A stretch of 64,000 nt of DNA from NCBI GenBank assembly GCA_964534175.1, contig CAZHNS010000009.1, positions 460 to 64,459 on the forward strand, written 5' to 3'. The stretch is from an uncultured bacterium. GTDB lineage: Bacteria; Hydrothermota; UBA3072. Position numbers and translations under genes: made by a program. Position 1 is the first letter of the stretch. Each line of letters starts with the position of its first letter. The notes under the pieces are model-generated. The model was not told the DNA's origin and did no database searches. It was given only the letters and a program-made list of their open reading frames with translations. Positions 8,587 through 16,048 of the stretch are shown in pieces.

Positions 8587-11259
8587 ATGTACGACAAAAG
8601 AAAAATAGTAGGCTTCTTATCTGTATTAGTCGTTTTAATTTCTACGTATTTATACACCATCGCTCCCACTGTTTCGCTCTGGGATTGCGGAGAATTTATA
8701 ACCTGTGCGCACATTTTAGGAGTAGCACACCCTCCGGGAACGCCTTTTTTTACTTTAATCGGCAGAATATTTGACATTATTATTCCTTTTAATGAAGTAG
8801 CAAAAAGGATAAACTTCCTTTCTTCTCTCTCATCCGCTGTAGCTGGGGGATTCCTTTACCTTATCATACTATCGGTTTTTCAGCGATTCAGAGAAAACAG
8901 AGGGAAAAAGATACCACTAAAAATTCATCCGATCGCAATATTTTGCTCTATTGGAGCCGGACTCTCTTACAGTGTATGGGATACATCGGTAGAAACGGAA
9001 GTTTATTCCACATCAATCTTAATACTGGTAATTAGTTTATGGCTTGCTCTTCACTGGGACGAAAACCGTAAAATGAGGGGTGACGATAACTATCTTTTAC
9101 TTCTAGTTTACTTGATTTTTTTATCGTTCGGCATCCATCTTATACCCTTACTTCTTATTCCGGGAATTTTGGTCTTTGTGTTAATTACTGACAAAAAAAT
9201 ATTTAACAACCCAAAATTAATTCTTTTTTCAGTAGCTCTTATTTTAATAGGTATTTCAACATATTATTATTTAATGGTAAGAGCACACGCCAACCCAGCA
9301 ATAAACGAAGCAAGTCCGAGCAATTTTTCGGCCTTATGGGATGTTATATCAAGGGAACAATACGGATCAATGAAGATGTTTCCAAGAAAAACTCAAATAG
9401 ATACCAATCTCACTCCTTTTGTCGCGTTATTCGAACAGATAAAAATATTTTTCAAGTATTTCTCATGGCAATATTTCCCTTATCCGAGGGAATCTGATGT
9501 CAACACTCTATTAAAGTATACTTCCATAGCAGGCACATATATATATGTCATATTAGGGCTCTGGGGTATGTTCACTCATTATAAGAAAGATAAAAAATCA
9601 TTTTATTTATTCTTCATTCTGTACCTTCTTGTAAGTTTAGGTCTTGTTTTTTATTTGAATTTAAAATTTTCTCCTTCCGACCCCAACCCTACCCATAAAG
9701 GAAGAGAGGTAAGAGAAAGAGATTATTTCTGGACTCCCGCTTTCTTTCTTTTTATGTTTTACGTGTCAAATGGGCTATACTGGATATATTTAAAATTAAA
9801 AAAGATGGGTAATTCGTATGGGCACGCATGGATAACTCTGTGTTTTCTGATAGGATTTGCACCATTTATCTCAAACATAAAAAGTCACGCCAACAGAAGG
9901 GGAAACTGGATAGCAAGCGACTATGCTCATAACCTATTAACGACTCCAGAAGACTACTCAATTCTATTTACATTCGGAGATAACGATACCTTTCCGGTTT
10001 GGTTCCTGCAGGAAGTTAAAAATTTCAGAAAGTTTGACAAAAAAAACAAAAAAGGAATCCAGGTTGCGAATTTTTCAATAATGAATACAAGCTGGTATAT
10101 AAAACAGTTAAAAGCGGCTGGCATCCCAATGGATTTTGCTTCCCCATTTAAAGGAACCAATGTTGAAAGCAAATACAATAGAATTAAAAAAAGCGGAAAG
10201 ACCAACGAGGATTTCGAGGAATGGATAATCAATAATATACAACCAATGAGATGCGAAGACGGAAAATGGATAAGACCTGCAGATATTGTAGCCAGAAATA
10301 TAATTCTCAGTTCAATCGGAATAAAACCTTCTCTCGAAGATTTAATGATGCCGGGAAAATCTTTCGTCGACAAATATATAAAAAAAGATTTTAATCCTTC
10401 AATTAATATTTATTTCGCTTTCCCCCCTGACAACTATTCAAGAAAACTCTTTGGTCCTCATCTGGAATTGGAAGGCTTTTCTTTCCGCCTGGTAGGGAAA
10501 AAGGGCAAAGACATGATAAATTACAAAAAGATATTCGAAAAACTCAATCATGAATTTAAAACCAGTTACTGTGATAACCCAACCATATATACAGGACCGG
10601 CTCAAAAAAACCCTCTATTCAACCATACATATATATATCTAACCCTCAGTGATACTGCATTAAGAAAATTTATAAATAGAAACAGAAGAACAATACTGGG
10701 ACCGCAAAAAGATACATTAAGAATGTTGGAAAATATACTAAAACGAGCTTTTCTTTTTTATGTAAACTCAAAGTTTTCCTTATCAACACCATTAGAAACA
10801 GCGGAGGGACTGGAAAAAGTATATTCGTTGCTCAAAGAGGAAAAAAGAGCGACCAATTTTTGTGACTCGCTTCTTTCTATAATAAGTACACCACCGCTTC
10901 ATATCCTTAGAGCTGAAATGTTAATTTTTAAAGCAAAATCAAAGAAAGGGAGTAAGGAAGAATTCAGAAAAGCAGAGGAAGAGTTTTTGTCTCTGATTAA
11001 TAATGAAAACTATAAGCCTTTAGCATATAAGGGGCTCATTGAACTTTACTCTCTGACTAATAACGACGATAAAATAAAAGAAATAATAAGAGAGATGAGA
11101 AATGACACTAAAATTGTCGATAAAGTTATAATTCTTTTAATCAGATTTGACCCCGAAGGAGCCATAAAATTACTCACAAACTGGAAAGAACTATATCCCG
11201 GCGAGGCTGCAAGAATCAACCAAATAATAAAAGAGTTGAAAAATAGAAGAATTCAATAA
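8587..11259 (+). CDS. DUF2723 / TMEM260-like GT-C membrane protein (candidate protein O-mannosyltransferase)
   Basis: APTVSLWDCGEF, LGVAHPPGTPFFTL, ETEVY, ERDYF, FTFGDNDTFP motifs; many TM helices, then a soluble helical C-terminus. Confidence 0.9.
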   Translation: MYDKRKIVGFLSVLVVLISTYLYTIAPTVSLWDCGEFITCAHILGVAHPPGTPFFTLIGRIFDIIIPFNEVAKRINFLSSLSSAVAGGFLYLIILSVFQRFRENRGKKIPLKIHPIAIFCSIGAGLSYSVWDTSVETEVYSTSILILVISLWLALHWDENRKMRGDDNYLLLLVYLIFLSFGIHLIPLLLIPGILVFVLITDKKIFNNPKLILFSVALILIGISTYYYLMVRAHANPAINEASPSNFSALWDVISREQYGSMKMFPRKTQIDTNLTPFVALFEQIKIFFKYFSWQYFPYPRESDVNTLLKYTSIAGTYIYVILGLWGMFTHYKKDKKSFYLFFILYLLVSLGLVFYLNLKFSPSDPNPTHKGREVRERDYFWTPAFFLFMFYVSNGLYWIYLKLKKMGNSYGHAWITLCFLIGFAPFISNIKSHANRRGNWIASDYAHNLLTTPEDYSILFTFGDNDTFPVWFLQEVKNFRKFDKKNKKGIQVANFSIMNTSWYIKQLKAAGIPMDFASPFKGTNVESKYNRIKKSGKTNEDFEEWIINNIQPMRCEDGKWIRPADIVARNIILSSIGIKPSLEDLMMPGKSFVDKYIKKDFNPSINIYFAFPPDNYSRKLFGPHLELEGFSFRLVGKKGKDMINYKKIFEKLNHEFKTSYCDNPTIYTGPAQKNPLFNHTYIYLTLSDTALRKFINRNRRTILGPQKDTLRMLENILKRAFLFYVNSKFSLSTPLETAEGLEKVYSLLKEEKRATNFCDSLLSIISTPPLHILRAEMLIFKAKSKKGSKEEFRKAEEEFLSLINNENYKPLAYKGLIELYSLTNNDDKIKEIIREMRNDTKIVDKVIILLIRFDPEGAIKLLTNWKELYPGEAARINQIIKELKNRRIQ

Positions 11260-11474
11260 AAAATGATAAATAAAAATTCAAAAATGAATGTAAAAAACAT
11301 AGAAACAACGAACCATAAATTAAAATCGCTAAGAGTTTACGACTCACAGCTAACTGCTTTACCCCTAGATAGAAAAACATCCTTCTCTGCAACTTCAGAT
11401 GAGGCTAGAAATGGAACAGCGGGATGGCAGATAGCCGATAGCAGAACAACTCTGTACCTTGGATTATTTATTTT

Positions 11475-12368
11475 ATGAACTGGGTAAAAGTTCCCTCCTT
11501 CGCGAAAGTTAATCTCGGCCTTTACATCCGGGGAAAAAGAAAAGATGGATTTCATTCAATTGAATCTATTTTTCAGACTATATCTCTAAACGATTTACTC
11601 TATTTTAAATTACAAGGCGACCAGATAAAACTAACTTCCAATAACCCAACCCTTCCAGATGGCCCAGATAATTTAATATACAAATCGGCAAGTTTCTTCA
11701 AAAACAAGAAAAACAAAAATTTAGGTGTAATAATAAAAACAGAAAAAAATATCCCCATAGGCGCTGGTCTGGGGGGCGGAAGTTCAAATGCAGCTGTAAC
11801 TCTATTAACCTTAAATCGCCTACTTAATTATCCCAAAGGATTCGAAGAATTAATGGAATTTGCAGAAAGTATTGGCTCAGACGTTCCTTTCTTCCTTAAA
11901 GGCGGAACTGCTCTTGTTAAAGGAAGAGGCGAAAAAATAAAATGGGCAAAGGATATTCCAACCCTCAATTTTCTGCTTGCGACTCCGCCGTTTTCAATAT
12001 CAACAAAATATGCCTACGAATTATGGGACAAGAAAGAAAAACAAGACTTGACAAATGAAGACTTAAGCCTTATACTCCAAAGAATGCAAGAGGGGAAAAA
12101 AGAATTTTTATGCAAATTAAGGAATTCCTTTCAAGGGATAATAATGGGGGAATATCCACAATTAGCAGATATTATGAAAAAGCTAAATAAATTAGAACCA
12201 ATAAATGTTATGTTAAGTGGGTCTGGTCCTACTGTATTTGCAATATTCGGATCAGAAAAATACAACTATAGGATGGGAGAGATAAAAGAAGACCAACATA
12301 TACTAAAGCACTGCAAAAGCATCTCCCGAAAAGAGTACTTCAACTTGTTAAAACTAAAGGAGGACTAA
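11475..12368 (+). CDS. ispE: 4-diphosphocytidyl-2-C-methyl-D-erythritol kinase
   Basis: AKVNLGL, KRKDGFHSIES, NLIYK, KNIPIGAGLGGGSSNAA, IGSDVPFF, MLSGSGPTVF. Confidence 0.97.
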   Translation: MNWVKVPSFAKVNLGLYIRGKRKDGFHSIESIFQTISLNDLLYFKLQGDQIKLTSNNPTLPDGPDNLIYKSASFFKNKKNKNLGVIIKTEKNIPIGAGLGGGSSNAAVTLLTLNRLLNYPKGFEELMEFAESIGSDVPFFLKGGTALVKGRGEKIKWAKDIPTLNFLLATPPFSISTKYAYELWDKKEKQDLTNEDLSLILQRMQEGKKEFLCKLRNSFQGIIMGEYPQLADIMKKLNKLEPINVMLSGSGPTVFAIFGSEKYNYRMGEIKEDQHILKHCKSISRKEYFNLLKLKED

Positions 12369-12811
12369 TGGAATTCACAGAAGTACGTGTAACCCTTAGA
12401 GATGAGCCCAGATTAAAAGCATTTGTAAACGTAACCTTTGATGACGACTTTGTTATTCGCGGAATGAAAGTAATCGAAGGGAGAAAAGGGCTCTTTGTAG
12501 CAATGCCTTCACGGAAAGGTAAGGATGGAACTTTTAGAGACATCGCTCATCCGATAAATAACACCATGCGAAAAAGACTTGAGAAAGTTGTCCTTGACGA
12601 ATACTACAACAAATGTGAAGAGGAAGGTAAGAATCCAAAGGGTTCAGACCTTGAGCAGGAAGATTTCGAAGCACCCGATGAGAACGCCGACATAAACGAA
12701 CTTGGAGACGAAGAAAGCGAAGCTACTACAGAAGAAGATATTGAACAAGACATCGAGGATGTTGAGGATATTCAGGATCTAGAAGAAGAAATAGAAGAAG
12801 ATCTTTTATAA
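12368..12811 (+). CDS. spoVG: SpoVG nucleic-acid-binding protein with a long acidic C-terminal tail
   Basis: MEFTEVRV..LKAFVNVTFDD.FVIRGMKVIEG.KGLFVAMPSRK..DGTFRDIAHPIN. Confidence 0.96.
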   Translation: MEFTEVRVTLRDEPRLKAFVNVTFDDDFVIRGMKVIEGRKGLFVAMPSRKGKDGTFRDIAHPINNTMRKRLEKVVLDEYYNKCEEEGKNPKGSDLEQEDFEAPDENADINELGDEESEATTEEDIEQDIEDVEDIQDLEEEIEEDLL

Positions 12812-12834
12812 AAACTTACCCTTATATAATCATT

Positions 12835-12906
12835 TGGGGCGTCGCCAAGCGGCAAGGCACGAGATTTTGGGTCTCGCATACGTAGGTTCGAATCCTACCG
12901 CCCCAG
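12835..12906 (+). tRNA. tRNA-Gln(TTG), CCA not encoded
   Basis: Acceptor stem TGGGGCG/CGCCCCA, D arm GCCAAGCGGCAAGGC, anticodon stem CGAGA-TTTTGGG-TCTCG, T arm GTAGGTTCGAATCCTAC; usual position before prs. Confidence 0.95.
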
Positions 12907-12919
12907 GAGAGAAGAAAAA

Positions 12920-13858
12920 ATGGAATTAAAGATTTTCTCAGGTTCCGAAAGTTTAAGTCTTGCAAAAGGTATTAGCAAATGTTTAAATAAGCCTTTATCT
13001 TCTCTTGTAAAGAAGAAATTTTCGGACGGTGAGATTTTCATTCAAATAAAAGAAAATGTTCGAGGAAGGGATGTGTTTGTTGTTCAATCAACAAACCCCC
13101 CGGCTGAGAATATTATAGAGCTTCTACTTATTATAGACGCACTAAACCGTTCTTCAACCGGAAGAGTAACCGCCGTTATACCTTACTTCGGTTACGGAAG
13201 ACAAGAAAAAAAGGATAGACCAAGAGTCCCTATTTCTGCAAAGCTGTTTGCTAATTTATTCGAGAAAGCAGGCGCCGATAGAATCGTAACTATAGACTTA
13301 CACGCACCCCAGATAACAGGTTTTTTTGATATTTCAGTGGATCATCTTTTTGCAACGCCAGTGATGGTTAAACACATAAAAAAACTAAATCTAAATTACA
13401 AAAAAACCGTCATAGTTTCCCCTGATGTTGGAAGAGTTGAGGCAGCCAGAGCAATAGCAAAGAAAATTAATAGGGAAATTCCCATAGCTATCGTCGATAA
13501 AAGGAGACCCGAGCCGAATCATTGCGAAGTTGTTAATATAATTGGTAAAGTAAAGGATAAAACAGTTATAATAATCGATGATATTGTAGACACCGCTGGA
13601 ACCTTAACAGAAGCAGCGAATGAATTAAAAAAGCAGGGAGCCAAAGCAATTTACGCGTATATAACACATCCGGTACTATCAGGCGAAGCTGTAAAAAAGA
13701 TAACATCTTCAGCGTTAGATAAGCTTATTGTAACAGACACAATCCCAATGGGAAACAAGAAAAGTAAAAAAATAGAAGTGGTTTCTGTAGCTAAACTTTT
13801 AAGTGAAGCTATAACAAGAATCCACGAGAATAAATCTGTTTCATCACTTTTTATATAA
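12920..13858 (+). CDS. prs: Ribose-phosphate pyrophosphokinase
   Basis: KFSDGEIFIQIKENVRG, IPYFGYGRQEKK, DLHAPQITGFF, VSPDVG, IIDDIVDTAGTL. Confidence 0.98.
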   Translation: MELKIFSGSESLSLAKGISKCLNKPLSSLVKKKFSDGEIFIQIKENVRGRDVFVVQSTNPPAENIIELLLIIDALNRSSTGRVTAVIPYFGYGRQEKKDRPRVPISAKLFANLFEKAGADRIVTIDLHAPQITGFFDISVDHLFATPVMVKHIKKLNLNYKKTVIVSPDVGRVEAARAIAKKINREIPIAIVDKRRPEPNHCEVVNIIGKVKDKTVIIIDDIVDTAGTLTEAANELKKQGAKAIYAYITHPVLSGEAVKKITSSALDKLIVTDTIPMGNKKSKKIEVVSVAKLLSEAITRIHENKSVSSLFI

Positions 13859-13883
13859 GAAAATGCAATCCTAGGAGGAAAAG

Positions 13884-14555
13884 TTGAAAGTAAAAGAACG
13901 AAAAGAATTTGGGACCAGGAAAGTTAATCATCTCAGAAAAGAAGGATGGATTCCTGGCATAATCTATGGCCACGGAGAAAAAAGTAAGCCAATAATGATT
14001 AAGGAAGAAGAATTAACTGATGTCTTACATAACATGCATTCCGAAGCGACATTGTTAGACCTTGATTATGAAGGCAAAAAGTTACAGGTTTTAATGCGTG
14101 ATATCAGTCGAAACCCCCTAACCGAAAAACTACTTCATGTAGATTTTCAACATATACATGAAAACGAAGAAATTAATGTTCATGTTATACTCGAGTACCA
14201 GGGTAAACCTAAAGGTGTAGAAGAAGGCGGAATATTAAACATAGAACACAGAGATCTAATAGCCAGATGTTTACCTAAAGATATACCCGAAAAGATAACG
14301 GTTGATGTAAGCAGTCTTGAAATAGGCCAATCTATTCATATCAAAGACCTTGATATACCTGAGGGAGTCAAAGTTGAAGAAGACCCATCTGCAACTATTG
14401 TAAACATCTTATCGCCGAGAAAGATAGTCGAAGTCAAACCGGTTGAAGAGGAACTTCCTATTGGTGAAGAAGCAGAAGAACCGGAAGTCATCACTAAAGA
14501 GGAAGAAACAGAGGGAGAAACAGAGGAAAAGAAAGAAAAGGAGAGTAGCGAATAG
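13884..14555 (+). CDS. rplY: 50S ribosomal protein L25/Ctc (long form), TTG start
   Basis: LRKEGWIPGIIYG, RNPLT..LLHVDF, GKPKGVEEGGIL, LPKDIPEKI.VDVSSL.IGQSIHIKDL; SD GGAGG 13874-13878. Confidence 0.95.
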   Translation: MKVKERKEFGTRKVNHLRKEGWIPGIIYGHGEKSKPIMIKEEELTDVLHNMHSEATLLDLDYEGKKLQVLMRDISRNPLTEKLLHVDFQHIHENEEINVHVILEYQGKPKGVEEGGILNIEHRDLIARCLPKDIPEKITVDVSSLEIGQSIHIKDLDIPEGVKVEEDPSATIVNILSPRKIVEVKPVEEELPIGEEAEEPEVITKEEETEGETEEKKEKESSE

Positions 14556-15121
14556 AATATCGTGCAGCAATCGGGCTTTGCAATCCCTCGTTAGATTACA
14601 TCGGAACCAGGCACAACCTTGGAGGAAGACTAATAAAATTTATTTGTTCTAAGAGAAATTTGAGCTTTAAACCGGGTAAAGGGCATTACTACTACTCCAC
14701 AGACGAAAATCTTATCTTAGCTTATGCGACGACCTTTATGAATAACAGTGGAATAGCTGTACTGGAACTATATGAAAATTTTTCACTTCCCCTTGAGAAT
14801 ATTCTTATTGTGCTTGATGATATAAATTTACCTTTTGGTAAATTAAGATTAAGAAGCGAAGGCAGCGACGGCGGACATAAAGGTCTCAACTCAATAATAT
14901 ATCATCTTGATAGCGAAAATATACCCCGCCTCAGAATCGGAATAGGGAATCATGAAGATAAAGAAACGTCAGATTGGGTCCTATCTAAATTTAGTGAAGA
15001 GGAAGAAAAAGCTATACCTGAAATATTGAAAAAAGCTAAAGAAGCTGTTTTTATTTGGAAAAATGAAAGTATTGATGTGGCTATGTCAAAAATTAACGGG
15101 AATCAAAAGGAGGTTAAATGA
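14552..15121 (+). CDS. pth: Peptidyl-tRNA hydrolase, predicted non-canonical ATA start
   Basis: An in-frame extension upstream of the ORF-track start reads (M)EYRAAIGLCNPSLDYIGTRHNLG. Also TFMNNSG, LDDINL..GKLRLR..GSDGGHKGL, PRLRIGIG. In-frame TAG at 14546-14548; SD AAGGAG 8 nt before ATA; 189 aa. Confidence 0.9.
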   Translation: MEYRAAIGLCNPSLDYIGTRHNLGGRLIKFICSKRNLSFKPGKGHYYYSTDENLILAYATTFMNNSGIAVLELYENFSLPLENILIVLDDINLPFGKLRLRSEGSDGGHKGLNSIIYHLDSENIPRLRIGIGNHEDKETSDWVLSKFSEEEEKAIPEILKKAKEAVFIWKNESIDVAMSKINGNQKEVK

Positions 15122-15402
15122 GAAAATACGAATGCACATTCATCATCAATCCAGAAAAAGAAGAAGAGGCAAAAGAAATTATAGAAGAAATAAAGTCTTA
15201 CTTTGAAGAGAACAAAGCAAAAATAAAAAAAATAGACGAATGGGGAATTAAAGAACTCGCATATGAAATTAACGGACATAACAATGGATTCTATACTGTC
15301 ATTAAGTTTGAAGCAGACCCTGAAAAAGTCGATCTTTTAAAAGAATCTATGCGTAAAAACAATAATATACTAAGGTATATTCTCGTGGTAAAGGAGAAAT
15401 AA
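15118..15402 (+). CDS. rpsF: 30S ribosomal protein S6
   Basis: MRKYEC.FII.P, DEWG.KELAYEI, GFY, ILRY. Confidence 0.97.
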   Translation: MRKYECTFIINPEKEEEAKEIIEEIKSYFEENKAKIKKIDEWGIKELAYEINGHNNGFYTVIKFEADPEKVDLLKESMRKNNNILRYILVVKEK

Positions 15403-15405
15403 AAC

Positions 15406-15858
15406 ATGGCTGAATACAGAATTCCAAATTTAAACTATGTATTGATCTCCGGAAGAGCAACTGCTGATTCTATCCTTAGTTATACCGAATCCGGCACAGC
15501 ATATCTGCGGTTCCGCATTGCCTCAAATCGTAATTACCGGGACAAAAGCGGAGAATGGAAAGAAGATACGACATTTACCGGTGTAACTTTATGGGGTAAT
15601 CAGGCAGAAAGATTAAGTGAACGCATAAAAAAAGGCTCCCCGGTAGTTGTAGAAGGTAGACTATCCAGTTACACGAGAGAAACAGACGGTTTAAAAAGAA
15701 CCGAAGTAAGCGTAAACGCCTTCAGGGTACAGGAACTTACTAAGTCCACAACTCCCTACCCTGAAAATCAAACAGGAGAAACAACAGAAGAAGAAATGAC
15801 AGAAGAAACGGCAGACATGGAAGCACCTCCCGGAGACGAAGAAGAACTTCCTTTTTAG
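15406..15858 (+). CDS. ssb: Single-stranded DNA-binding protein
   Basis: LNYVLISGR, YTESG, FRIASNRNY, WG..AE, KG..V.VEGRL, acidic tail ending EEELPF. Confidence 0.96.
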   Translation: MAEYRIPNLNYVLISGRATADSILSYTESGTAYLRFRIASNRNYRDKSGEWKEDTTFTGVTLWGNQAERLSERIKKGSPVVVEGRLSSYTRETDGLKRTEVSVNAFRVQELTKSTTPYPENQTGETTEEEMTEETADMEAPPGDEEELPF

Positions 15859-16048
15859 AAAACTTAAAAAGCATCAAACACGGATTAACACCTATGAATA
15901 ATGATAACTTTAGGGTAAAATGGGATAATCTCATATTTAATCTAACATATATTATTCCAACAACCTAAACACTATTTATTTTATTATATTTTTGTTTCTT
16001 AGATTTTTCATCTTTCAGGAAAAAAATAAAGGATAATTGTCCCGGTAA

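Noticed and set aside
11263-11478. 71-aa ORF between DUF2723 and ispE
   Set aside because: It spans ladder-type repeats (AAAAATTCAAAAATGAATG, GATGGCAGATAGCCGATAGCAG), has no SD and no recognisable family. I recognised no structured RNA there either.
13863-13886. TAG readthrough or recoding extending rplY (ATG CAA TCC TAG GAG GAA AAG TTG)
   Set aside because: TAG is a normal stop for rplY itself, the porin, the protease and the fibre gene, and a good SD precedes the TTG
14555-14660. pth as a truncated gene or frameshifted pseudogene
   Set aside because: The frame is continuous from ATA 14552 and all catalytic segments are present
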